Source: an uncultured Microbacterium sp. | GTDB lineage: Bacteria > Actinomycetota > Actinomycetes > Actinomycetales > Microbacteriaceae | Assembly: GCA_964496445.1 (NCBI GenBank) | Contig: CAZBZR010000006.1 | Location: 25,740 to 89,739, forward strand | Length of the DNA: 64,000 nucleotides | Reading direction: 5' to 3' | Shown here: positions 9,090 through 18,022 of the stretch, in pieces | Layout: every line of letters starts with the position of its first letter | Numbering within the stretch: the stretch's first letter is position 1 | The notes under the pieces: model-generated | What the model was told of the DNA's origin: nothing | Databases searched by the model: none | What the model saw: the letters and a program-made list of their open reading frames with translations, nothing else | Translations under genes and position numbers: made by a program

Positions 9090-10823
9090 GTGACCGACCA
9101 ACTCGTCGTCGTGCTCATCGCCGCCGTGGTGATCGCCCTCGCCACCGCGCTCGCCCCGCGCGTGAACATCGCCGGGCCCCTCGTCCTCATGGCGATCGGG
9201 CTGGGGGTGAGCCTGCTCCCGTTCGTCCCGGCCTGGGAGGCCGATCCGGAGTGGATCCTCGTCGGGGTCCTCCCGCCCCTGCTCTACTCGGCGGCCGTGC
9301 AGCTGCCCGCGGTGGAGTTCCGGCGCGACTTCGGCCCCATCGCGGGCCTGTCGGTGCTGCTCGTGGTGCTCTCCTCGGTGGTGCTCGGGTTCTTCTTCGC
9401 GTGGGTGATCCCGGGCCTCGGCATCGCGATGGGCATCGCTCTGGGGGCCCTGCTGAGCCCCACGGATGCGGTGGCGACCTCGATCGCCAAGCGCGTGGGC
9501 ATCTCGCCGCGCGTCGTGACGCTCCTGGAGGGCGAAAGCCTCCTCAACGACGCGACCGCGCTCGTGCTGCTGCGCACCGCGATCGCCGCGATCGCCGGGG
9601 GGTTCGCGTTCGGCGACACGGTCGTGGCGTTCGCGTGGGGCGTCGGAGTGGCCGTCGTGGTCGGGGCGGTCATCGGGTGGGTGAACCTCCGCGTGCGCGA
9701 GTGGGTGAGCCACTCCGCCGCCAACACCGCCCTGAGCTTCACGGTGCCCTTCCTCGCCTACCTCCCCACCGAGGAGCTCGGCGGCTCCGGCCTCGTGGCC
9801 GCCGTCGTGGCGGGCATCGTCACCGGCCAGGGAGCCGCGCGCCGGCTCACGCCCGAGCAGCGGATGAGCGATCACCTCAACTGGCGCACCATCGAGCTCC
9901 TCCTGGAGGGCGCGGTGTTCCTCATCATGGGGCTCGAGCTCAAGGAGATCGTGCGGGCCAACTTGCAGGAGCACGAGGGGCTGTGGCACGGCGCCTGGCT
10001 CGCGCTGGCGGCCCTGGGGATCGCGCTGGCCGTCCGCGCCGTCTACGTCGCCGGCCTCATCTGGGTCCAGGGCCGCCGCGCGCATCCGCGGCGGCGGGCA
10101 CGGCTGGAGGCGGCCCAGGAGCGGGCAGACGCCTTCGAGGAGCGTCTGCGCGACCCCGCCGCGCAGGGCCTGCGCCACGCCTCGCCCGAGCGGCTGCAGC
10201 GGCGCCTCGGCGGGTTCCGCGCCCGGCTCGGGCGGATGATGCGCGACCTCGACTACTATCGCGACTCACCGCTCGGCTGGCGGCACGGCACGATCATCGT
10301 GTGGGCGGGGATGCGGGGCGTCGTCACCCTCGCCGCCGCGCAGACGCTCCCGAAGGACACCGCCGACCGGCCGCTGCTCATCTTCGTCGCCTTCCTCGTG
10401 GCCGTGTTCAGCCTGTCGCTGCAGGGGCTCACGCTCCCGTGGCTGGTACGTGCCCTCGGGATGCAGACGGCGGGGGCGGTCGGACCGGCGCGCAGCGAGC
10501 AGCGGGCGCTGTCGGCCGAGCTGCAGGCGGCAGCCGCTGCCGCCGTGGCCGCCGAGACGCTTCGCCGCCGCGACGGCGAGCCGTTCCCGGACGGTGTCGT
10601 GCGGTCGGTCGGGGCGCGGATGACGCGACCGCCCGAGGACGCGCCGGGAACCGCGGTGCGCGACCTGCTGGAGCTGCGTCTGGCGATCATCGAGGTCATG
10701 CGCACGCGGCTGGACGCGCTCGGGCGCGACGGCCGCTTCAGCACCGCGGCGCTGCGGCAGGCGCTCGCGGAGCTCGATGCCGACCAGGTGAGCCTGGAGC
10801 TGCGCCTGGACGGCGAGGACTGA
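9090..10823 (+). CDS. CPA1 family Na+/H+ antiporter
   Basis: LPPLLY, SPTDAVA, EGESLLNDA, WAGMRGVVTLAAA; many TM helices. Start estimated at GTG 9090. Confidence 0.9.
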   Translation: MTDQLVVVLIAAVVIALATALAPRVNIAGPLVLMAIGLGVSLLPFVPAWEADPEWILVGVLPPLLYSAAVQLPAVEFRRDFGPIAGLSVLLVVLSSVVLGFFFAWVIPGLGIAMGIALGALLSPTDAVATSIAKRVGISPRVVTLLEGESLLNDATALVLLRTAIAAIAGGFAFGDTVVAFAWGVGVAVVVGAVIGWVNLRVREWVSHSAANTALSFTVPFLAYLPTEELGGSGLVAAVVAGIVTGQGAARRLTPEQRMSDHLNWRTIELLLEGAVFLIMGLELKEIVRANLQEHEGLWHGAWLALAALGIALAVRAVYVAGLIWVQGRRAHPRRRARLEAAQERADAFEERLRDPAAQGLRHASPERLQRRLGGFRARLGRMMRDLDYYRDSPLGWRHGTIIVWAGMRGVVTLAAAQTLPKDTADRPLLIFVAFLVAVFSLSLQGLTLPWLVRALGMQTAGAVGPARSEQRALSAELQAAAAAAVAAETLRRRDGEPFPDGVVRSVGARMTRPPEDAPGTAVRDLLELRLAIIEVMRTRLDALGRDGRFSTAALRQALAELDADQVSLELRLDGED

Positions 10824-10875
10824 GTCGGCATCCTCGCCCGCGACCAGGCACAATGGGACGGCGGGAGGTGCACCC

Positions 10876-11352
10876 ATGACGGAGACGATCGAGTCGCCCG
10901 ACGCGCGGACGCGTATCGGAGGCGAGCGCGCCGACACGAGCCCGCTACACCTGCCGCACGCCGCGGCGGAGTGCCCGAAGTGCTTCACCGAGCTGCAGCA
11001 GGACCGCAACTGGTGGCTCGCCCGCCCCGCCGGGGCACGGCTCGTGGGTCTCGTGGTCTCGCGCCCGGAGATGCCCTCGGTGGTGCAGCAGCGCGACGAC
11101 CTGACGCGCTTCGGCGTGCCGATCGAGGGGTTCCGCCACCCCTCGCCCGAGACGCTGGAGGACTGGTCGGAGCGCCTCGCGCGCTTCTTCCGCACGCTCG
11201 GCCGAGGCGACGTGCTGGTCGTGGCGACCGTGCACGCGCTCGGCACGACGCTGGAGGAGGAGACGCGTGCCGTCTCCGAGCTGCACGCCCGCGGCGTCGT
11301 GGTGAAGGTGCTCGGCCACGGCGGCCGCCACCTGTACGACACCGGCCGCTGA
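10876..11352 (+). CDS. Small protein with a degenerate serine-resolvase-like fold and an N-terminal His/CxxC motif
   Basis: Segments LVGLVVS..QQRDDL..FG / RLARFFRTLGRGDVLVV..HALG..ELHARGV follow the resolvase catalytic-domain pattern. SD GGAGG upstream. Confidence 0.65.
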   Translation: MTETIESPDARTRIGGERADTSPLHLPHAAAECPKCFTELQQDRNWWLARPAGARLVGLVVSRPEMPSVVQQRDDLTRFGVPIEGFRHPSPETLEDWSERLARFFRTLGRGDVLVVATVHALGTTLEEETRAVSELHARGVVVKVLGHGGRHLYDTGR

Positions 11353-11397
11353 GGTCGGAACCCCAGCGGCCGGTCGCGGTGGCCGGTCGAGCGCCGC

Positions 11398-12234
11398 TCA
11401 GTCGGCGAGGAGACGCACGGTGCCGGCTGAGACCTCGACGCTCACGCGGGAGGCCGCATCCGTGGCGGTGCGCAGTCCGTTCACGAGGTCGCCCGCCGAC
11501 ACGTCCGACCGCACGTCGTAGACCTCGTCGGGGAGGGTGAGCTCGAGCGTGCCTGCCCCGACCCCGACGGTGACGGCGTCGGGGGCGCTGCCGGTCATCC
11601 GCACGAACATGTCCCCCGCGCTGAGGTCGAGCTCGGCCTCGCCGACCCCGGTGACGTCGATCTCCGCCCGGCCGGCGCTCACGTCGGCATCGAGCGTGCG
11701 CGCGTCGCCCTCGAAGACGAGGCGCCCGGCGCTGACGTCCAGCACGAGGTCGCCGAAGTCGCCGGCGACCAGGAGCGAGCCTGCCCCGAGCGTGAGCCGG
11801 GCGTCGGCGCCGGCGAGGTCGGCGGGGAGGGTGAGCGTCGCCTCGCCGTTGCTCTGCCCGAAGGTCGGGAAGAACCACGGGTGATCGGGCGAGGCGACCC
11901 GCAGGGTGGCGCCCGTGCGCTCGAAGCGCCAACCGGCCGCGGCGTCGCGCAGCTCCAGCGTGGCCTCGGGAACGTCGGCGAAGACGACGCGGAGGTCGGT
12001 GGCCCCGGCATCCACGGCCAGATCGGTGACTCCGGCCACCTCGAGCGAGCGGGTGTCGTCCACGGCACCGCCGGAGACCACGGCGGCACGGATGCCGGTC
12101 CAGGCGACGGCGAGGAGGATGGCCGCCCCCAGCGCGATCGTGAGGATCGCGATCACGCGGGGCGCGGTGCGCGGGCCGCCGGCCGGGGGCACGGGGGCGG
12201 CCGGGGGCGCGGGCGGGGTCTGGGTGATGCTCAT
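11398..12234 (-). CDS. DUF4097/adhesin-like beta-strand-repeat membrane protein
   Basis: One N-terminal TM followed by repeated xSAG/xGAG beta motifs; start overlaps the regulator stop. Confidence 0.75.
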   Translation of the reverse strand: MSITQTPPAPPAAPVPPAGGPRTAPRVIAILTIALGAAILLAVAWTGIRAAVVSGGAVDDTRSLEVAGVTDLAVDAGATDLRVVFADVPEATLELRDAAAGWRFERTGATLRVASPDHPWFFPTFGQSNGEATLTLPADLAGADARLTLGAGSLLVAGDFGDLVLDVSAGRLVFEGDARTLDADVSAGRAEIDVTGVGEAELDLSAGDMFVRMTGSAPDAVTVGVGAGTLELTLPDEVYDVRSDVSAGDLVNGLRTATDAASRVSVEVSAGTVRLLAD

Positions 12235-12908
12235 CGGGATGCTCCTGTCTGCGGCGTGGTGCCGCCGTGTTCGAGATGGACGAGCGCAGCCTGCACGCGT
12301 CGGTTGCCGGATTCGCCGGCTTCGAGTCCGAGCTTCTGGAAGATCGCGGTGATGTGCTTCTCGACGCTGGCCTCCGAGACGAACAGCGTCGCCGCGATGG
12401 CCTGGTTCGACCTGCCTTCCGCGATGAGCGCGAGCACCTGGCGCTCGCGCTCGGTGAGCCGCTGCATCCGCTCGTCGCGGCTGCGCCGACTGAGGAGCTG
12501 GGCCACCACCTCCGGGTCGAGCACCGTGGCGCCGCCGCCGATGCGGACCACCGAGTCGAGGAACTCCGCGACGTCGGCCACCCGGTCCTTCAGGAGGTAG
12601 CCGAGGGCGCCGCCGCCGCCGGAGATGAGGTCGCTGGCGTAGCGCTCCTCGACGTACTGGGAGAGGACGAGCACCGCCAGCTCCGGATGGCGGCTCCGCA
12701 GCCGCATCGCGGCGCGGATGCCCTCGTCGGTGTAGGTGGGCGGGAGGCGGACGTCGAGGAGGGCGAGATCGGGGGCCGTCTCGGCGACGGTCTCGTCGAG
12801 CGCCCCGGCATCCGGAAGGGCGGCGACCACGTCGTGGCCGGCGTCGGCGAGCAGCCGCACGAGCCCTTCGCGGAGGAGGACGCTGTCCTCGCAGATCAGG
12901 ATGCGCAC
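12231..12908 (-). CDS. NarL/LuxR-family response regulator
   Basis: ILICED, LLDVRLPP, LSQY, GYLLK, LTERERQVL..GRSN HTH. SD AAGGAGG before GTG 12908. Confidence 0.95.
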   Translation of the reverse strand: MRILICEDSVLLREGLVRLLADAGHDVVAALPDAGALDETVAETAPDLALLDVRLPPTYTDEGIRAAMRLRSRHPELAVLVLSQYVEERYASDLISGGGGALGYLLKDRVADVAEFLDSVVRIGGGATVLDPEVVAQLLSRRSRDERMQRLTERERQVLALIAEGRSNQAIAATLFVSEASVEKHITAIFQKLGLEAGESGNRRVQAALVHLEHGGTTPQTGASR

Positions 12909-12926
12909 GTCAGGCCTCCTTCGTGA

Positions 12927-13004
12927 GTCGCCGAGAGTGCATCCTTGCGCCGAGAGTGCACGCAACGGGGAGCGGTTTCGGCGAGACGGTGCACTTTCGG
13001 CGGG
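12927..13004. repeat. 78-bp imperfect palindromic intergenic element, family A copy 1
   Basis: GTCGCCGAGAGTGCA..CGCCGAGAGTGCA..TTCGGCGAG..TGCACTTTCGGCG; aligns without gaps to 48601-48678. Confidence 0.85.
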
Positions 13005-13011
13005 GTGGGGG

Positions 13012-14325
13012 TCAGGAGGCGCACGGGACGGTCACCTCCAGGGCGGTCGGGCCGCCGGTCGGGCTGTCCAGGCGGTACGTGCCGCCGGCGCCGAGGATGC
13101 GGTTGGCGATGCCGTCCAGGCCGCCGCCGGGGAGGAGGCGTGCGCCGCCGATCCCGTCGTCCTCGACCCGGGCCCACAGGGTGCCGTCCTCTCGGCGGCG
13201 GACGACCACGCGCACCGCCGAGGCCCGCGAGTGCTTCGCGGCGTTGGTGAGCGACTCCGCGATGGCGAAGTAGACCGCCGCCTCGGCGCTGCGCTCGCAG
13301 CGGCCGTCGATGCGCACATCGAGGTGGACGGGCACGTGGGAGCGCCCGGCCAGCGCCGACAGCGCGGCGTCCAGGCCCCGGTCATCCAGCACGGAGGCGT
13401 GGATGCCGCGGGCGAGCTGGCGCAGTTCGGTGATGGCCGACTTCGTGGAGGTGTGCGCCTCCTCGATGAGCGCCTTGGCCGCAGCGGGGTCCTCGTCCAT
13501 CTTCTGGCGGGCCAGGCCCAGGGTCATCCCGACGGAGACGAGCCGAGGCTGGACCCCGTCGTGGAGGTCGCGCTCGATGCGCGTGCGCTCGACGTCGGCC
13601 GCGCGCACGGCTCCCGCGCGCTGCTGGTTCGACAGACGGGCTTGGGCCGCGAGCTGGCTTTCCTGGGAGGGGACGAGGATCAGGCGGGACAGCACGCCGT
13701 GAAGGATGCCGGTGCCCGCCAGGGCCGCGAGCGCGAGGAGCGCCAGCAACGGACCCGCCACGGCGGACCAGCCGGCGACGGCATCCAGCGGCAGGCCCCA
13801 GACGCGGGTGCCGGCGCCGCCGCCGAACAGCGGCGAGAGCGTCATCGCCACACCGGCGAAGACGAGGGCGAACAGCGCGAGGGTGACGAAGCCGAGCACC
13901 GTGGCGACGGCGAAGTTCGCCAGCGCGCGCCACACGCCCGGGTCGATCGCCTGACGCCAGAACATCAGCAGGACGCCGCCGAAGCCGGGCCGGGGCGGCC
14001 GGTGCACGACGAGGTCGGGGACCGGGTAGTCGTACAGGCCGGCGACCCGGGCGTTCTCCAGCCACGCGACCGCCCACAGGACGTACACCAGCCCCACGAG
14101 CAGGACGAGGCCGATCCCGAGGGCGAAGATGGCCCCGAGGCCCGCGCCCAGCAGCGAGAAGACGACGGTGAACACGAGCGGGCCGACGATGCTGAGGGCG
14201 ACCAGCTGCGCGAGCGCCCCTGCCACGCGCAGGGGGGCGACCGCGGCGGAGCGACGGCGGACGGATGCGGCGGGGGCCGCGGGCTCGGGAGCCGGCACGG
14301 TCTCGGTGGGCAGCGGTGAGGTCAT
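13012..14325 (-). CDS. HisKA_3 sensor histidine kinase with N-terminal membrane sensor
   Basis: ERTRIERDLHDGVQ, ESLTNAAKHS, VEDDGIGGA, GLDGI. Confidence 0.95.
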   Translation of the reverse strand: MTSPLPTETVPAPEPAAPAASVRRRSAAVAPLRVAGALAQLVALSIVGPLVFTVVFSLLGAGLGAIFALGIGLVLLVGLVYVLWAVAWLENARVAGLYDYPVPDLVVHRPPRPGFGGVLLMFWRQAIDPGVWRALANFAVATVLGFVTLALFALVFAGVAMTLSPLFGGGAGTRVWGLPLDAVAGWSAVAGPLLALLALAALAGTGILHGVLSRLILVPSQESQLAAQARLSNQQRAGAVRAADVERTRIERDLHDGVQPRLVSVGMTLGLARQKMDEDPAAAKALIEEAHTSTKSAITELRQLARGIHASVLDDRGLDAALSALAGRSHVPVHLDVRIDGRCERSAEAAVYFAIAESLTNAAKHSRASAVRVVVRRREDGTLWARVEDDGIGGARLLPGGGLDGIANRILGAGGTYRLDSPTGGPTALEVTVPCAS

Positions 14326-14385
14326 GCCCCCACGCTAGGACGCGGGCGGGCGGCGCGTCCCCCGAGCCATCCGTAGCGCTTCTTC

Positions 14386-14400
14386 GGGATATCCCTACCC
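14386..14400. promoter_or_regulatory. Possible operator upstream of the kinase operon
   Basis: Palindrome GGGATATCCC (14386-14395) about 50 nt upstream of the -10-like TAGCGT at 14332-14337 (minus strand). Confidence 0.3.
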
Positions 14401-14410
14401 CGAGCGGCGC

Positions 14411-15421
14411 TCAGTCGGTGAACAGCACCGCACGCGAGGCCAGCCGGCCCGCCGCGAGCAGATCCAGCGCCTCCGCGGCATCGCGCATCGGGTAGCGGTC
14501 GACCACGGTGCGGATCTTCCCCTCCGCGGCCATCCGCAGCACGTCGCGCATGTCGGCGCGCGAGCCGAGGATCGACGCCTTGATCACCTGCGCCTTGTTG
14601 AAGGGGAAGGACGCCACCGACAGCGGCACTCCGGTCACCAGCGTGCCGCCCCACTTCAGCGCGCGCAGCGCCTGCGCGGTGACCTCGTCGGAGGGCGCGA
14701 AGGTGAGGGCGGCGTCGAGCGAGTCCTCGAGGATCTCGCCGGCGTCCACGGCGGACGCGTCGATCGCCTCGACGGCGCCCAGCTCCAGCGCGACCCGGCG
14801 GTGCTCGGCCGAGCGGGCCACCGCGACGACGTCGGCCCCGGTGAGCACCGCGAACTGCAGCGCCAGGTGGCCGACGCCGCCCAGCCCGAACACCCCGACC
14901 CGCTGGCCGGGGCCGACCTCGAGCTTGCTCACCGCGCCGTAGCCGGTGATGCCGGGGCAGAACAGCGGTGCCGCATCCACGAGGTCCAAACTCGCCGGCA
15001 CGTGGTAGGTGTGCGCCGCGTGGGAGACCATGAACTCCGCGAAGCCGCCGTCCACGTGCTCGCCGGTGATGATGCGGCGGTGGCACAGCTGCTCGCGGCC
15101 GGAGGTGCAGAACTCGCACTCCTCGCACGTCCACCACAGCGGCTGCACGCCCACGGGGTCCCCCACCGCGAACTCCGTCACGCCCTCGCCGAGCGCGGCG
15201 ACGCGACCGGTGACCTCGTGACCGGGGACGATGGGGCTCTGCGCCGGCACGCCGCCGTCGACCCAGTCGCCCTCGATCATGTGCAGGTTCGAGCGGCAGA
15301 CGCCGCATCCGGCCACCGCGATGAGCAGCTGCCCGGGGCCGGGGGCCGGCGTGTCGGTCTCGCGCCACTCCAGCGGGCGCTCGGCCAGCGGGGCGGGGGT
15401 GTCGAGCAGGTTCGCGCGCAT
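14411..15421 (-). CDS. Zinc-dependent alcohol dehydrogenase (MDR)
   Basis: CGVCRSNLH, PGHEVTG, CEECEFC..C, GLGGVG. Confidence 0.92.
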   Translation of the reverse strand: MRANLLDTPAPLAERPLEWRETDTPAPGPGQLLIAVAGCGVCRSNLHMIEGDWVDGGVPAQSPIVPGHEVTGRVAALGEGVTEFAVGDPVGVQPLWWTCEECEFCTSGREQLCHRRIITGEHVDGGFAEFMVSHAAHTYHVPASLDLVDAAPLFCPGITGYGAVSKLEVGPGQRVGVFGLGGVGHLALQFAVLTGADVVAVARSAEHRRVALELGAVEAIDASAVDAGEILEDSLDAALTFAPSDEVTAQALRALKWGGTLVTGVPLSVASFPFNKAQVIKASILGSRADMRDVLRMAAEGKIRTVVDRYPMRDAAEALDLLAAGRLASRAVLFTD

Positions 15422-15429
15422 GACGTCTC

Positions 15430-16530
15430 TCAATCGATGGGGTGGGCCACGGCTGCGGCCTGGAGCCGGGGACGCACACGCCCCGCGGAGATGAGCGGGT
15501 CGCCGTCGACGGTGAGGCTGCCGTGCGACGCCCGGAGGTCTTTGACGATGTCCCAGTGCACGGCCGACTCGTTCACGCCGCCGCACTGCGGGTAGGCGCG
15601 GCCGAGCGCGATGTGCACGGTGCCGAGGATCTTCTCGTCGATGAGGAGGTCACCGGTGCCGGTGGTCAGAGCGGCGTTGGTGCCGATGCCCAGCTCCCCC
15701 ACCCGGCGCGATCCCGCGTCGGTGTCCAGCAGCCGACGGACGAACTCCACGCCGGTCGTGGCGTCCTCCCGCACGACGAGCCCGTCGGCGAACTCCAGCT
15801 CGAGGTCTTCGATGCGCACCCCCGCGAAGGAGAACGCGCCGGGGAAGCGGATGACGCCGGAGACGGCGTCCTCGCGCGGCGCCGTGGCGATCTCGCCGTC
15901 GGGCCAGTTCGCCTCGCCCGAGAACGACACCCATCGCCGGCCGGCGACGGGAAGCTCCAGGCGGCCGAAGTCATCCTCGATCACGACGCTGCGCGCGTCG
16001 TCGAGGCCGGCGCACAGGGCGTCCATGCGCTGCGCGGCCTCCTGCCAGTCGGCGTCGAAGGATGCGGCCCACTCGCGCAGGAGGCGGCCGGCGTCCAGCC
16101 CCATGGCCTCGGCCCACACCGGGGTGGGCACGCGCACCAGCGCCCACCGCGTGTTCTGCCAGCGCATCGTGGAGACCAGGCCCCGCCCGCGGCGGAGGGC
16201 GGCGATGCGCTCCGGGGCGGCATCGACGACGGGCGAGGTCATCGCCCGGAACGACACATGCACGTCCGACCAGGCCATGGCTGCGGCCTCCAGCGGCGGC
16301 GCCTCCTCCAGGACCGCGGCATCCGCAAAGCGCAGCGCCCCGTCGTCGAACCGCTCGTCGGTCGCGACGACCTGCGGCACCGCGCCGCGCCGCCAGCACT
16401 CCGCCACGAACGGAGCGACGGCGTCCATCGCCGAGACGTCGGTGAGGAACACCGACACGCGGTCGCCCCGCGCGATGTCCAGGCCGTCGGCCACGAGCCG
16501 CGCGATGGAGTTCCACTGGATCGTCGTCAT
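15430..16530 (-). CDS. M29 (aminopeptidase T/II-like) metallopeptidase-family protein
   Basis: NWPDGEIATAP, VGELGIGTN, DEKILGTVHIALG.AY, SAVHWD. ATG overlaps the FGGY kinase stop. Confidence 0.85.
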   Translation of the reverse strand: MTTIQWNSIARLVADGLDIARGDRVSVFLTDVSAMDAVAPFVAECWRRGAVPQVVATDERFDDGALRFADAAVLEEAPPLEAAAMAWSDVHVSFRAMTSPVVDAAPERIAALRRGRGLVSTMRWQNTRWALVRVPTPVWAEAMGLDAGRLLREWAASFDADWQEAAQRMDALCAGLDDARSVVIEDDFGRLELPVAGRRWVSFSGEANWPDGEIATAPREDAVSGVIRFPGAFSFAGVRIEDLELEFADGLVVREDATTGVEFVRRLLDTDAGSRRVGELGIGTNAALTTGTGDLLIDEKILGTVHIALGRAYPQCGGVNESAVHWDIVKDLRASHGSLTVDGDPLISAGRVRPRLQAAAVAHPID

Positions 16531-18020
16531 GTGGTCTGCACCCGTCTGTGGGAAAGGGGGGCCACGGCCCGGTAGAGCGCGAGGAAGTCCTCGTGGTCGG
16601 CGCGCAGCCGCGAGGCCTGAGCGGGATCGGGGTGCACCTCGGCGCGCACGCCCACCCACTCCGCCACGTCGTCCGGGCGCCCGAGCGCCCCCACGCCGTA
16701 GGCGGCCAGGAAGGCGTCGCCCAGCGCGGCGCCGGCGCTGTCGGCGATCTCCTGATCGAATCCGGTCAGGGTCGACACCGCGCCGATGATGATCGGATTG
16801 CGCGTGGCTCCGCCGACGGCGCGCACGCGCCCGACGCGGGCTCCTGCCGCGGTGAACGCGTCCAGCGCTGCCGCGATGGAGTGCGCGACGCCCTCGAGCA
16901 CGGCGCGCGCCACGTCGGCGGACGAGTGCTCGAGGCCGAGGCCGAGGATCACGCCGCGGCTGGCCGGATCCTGGAACGGGGTGCGCTCCCCGGCGAGATG
17001 CGGGAGGGCGAGCAGGCCGCGCGCGCCGGGCTCGGACTGCGCGGCGAGGTCCAGCAGGCTCCGGAACGTGGTCTCGTCGTCGGCGGCGGTCAGGCCCAGG
17101 AGGTCGGCGATCCATCGGGTGGAGGTGCCCGCCGTGGACGTGCCGGCGGCGAGCACGTACGTGCCGGGGAAGACGAACGGGGCCGCCCACAACGCCTCGT
17201 GCACCTGCGGGCGGTCACCGACGCGGATGAAGTAGCCGCTCGAGCCGTACATCGCCATGAGGTCGCCGTCGGCGACGACCCCCGATCCCACCGCCTCGGC
17301 CGGCGAGTCGGTCGTCCCGACCACGACCGGCGTGCCCACCGGGATGCCGGTCTCCGCGGCGGCCGCGGCCGTCACCGAGCCGGCGATGTCGGTGCTCCAC
17401 GCGATGCGGGGCAGCCGTGACTCGTCGACGACGTCCTCACAGCCGGTGAGGTCCCACCGGCCCTCGTGCAGGTCGTAGAACGGATGGAAGTACCCCGCCG
17501 TGGCGTGGTCGATGACCACTTCGCCCGTCAGGCGCGCCACGAGGTAGGACTGGCTCGTCATGAACCATCGTGCGCGTCGCCACACGTCCGGCTCCTCGTC
17601 GCGCAGCCACGCGATCTTGGGACCGGCCGACTGACTGGTCAGCGCGTTGCCCGATCGGCGGCGGATCTCCGCCGCACCCAGCGCGGCGGTCATCCGCTCG
17701 ATCTGGGCCGTCGCGCGGGTGTCGACCCCGTACAGGATCGCGGGGCGGAGCGCCCGGAGGTCGGCGTCGGTCGCCACGACGCACGGCCCGATCGCGCTGA
17801 CGGCCACGCCGCGCACGCCGGCCGCCTCGGGATGGGTCATGAGCTGCGTCGCGATCGCCGCGACATCCGCCCACCACACCGCCTCGGGGTCCTGCTCCAC
17901 GTGTCCCGGGAGCGGCGTGGCGATGCCGTGGCGACGCCGGGCCTCCGCGAGCACGGTGCCGCGCTCGTCGACGAGCACGCCCTTGCTCTCGAAGGTCCCG
18001 ACGTCGATGCCCAGGAACAC
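16527..18020 (-). CDS. FGGY-family carbohydrate kinase
   Basis: LGIDVGT, EQDPE, DTRA, GTTD, LPHLAGERTP, GGATRN. Confidence 0.92.
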   Translation of the reverse strand: MFLGIDVGTFESKGVLVDERGTVLAEARRRHGIATPLPGHVEQDPEAVWWADVAAIATQLMTHPEAAGVRGVAVSAIGPCVVATDADLRALRPAILYGVDTRATAQIERMTAALGAAEIRRRSGNALTSQSAGPKIAWLRDEEPDVWRRARWFMTSQSYLVARLTGEVVIDHATAGYFHPFYDLHEGRWDLTGCEDVVDESRLPRIAWSTDIAGSVTAAAAAETGIPVGTPVVVGTTDSPAEAVGSGVVADGDLMAMYGSSGYFIRVGDRPQVHEALWAAPFVFPGTYVLAAGTSTAGTSTRWIADLLGLTAADDETTFRSLLDLAAQSEPGARGLLALPHLAGERTPFQDPASRGVILGLGLEHSSADVARAVLEGVAHSIAAALDAFTAAGARVGRVRAVGGATRNPIIIGAVSTLTGFDQEIADSAGAALGDAFLAAYGVGALGRPDDVAEWVGVRAEVHPDPAQASRLRADHEDFLALYRAVAPLSHRRVQTT

Positions 18021-18022
18021 GC

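Noticed and set aside
10876-11352. Active resolvase or transposon marker
   Set aside because: Catalytic Arg residues and the DNA-binding HTH are missing, and no transposase or terminal repeats are nearby.
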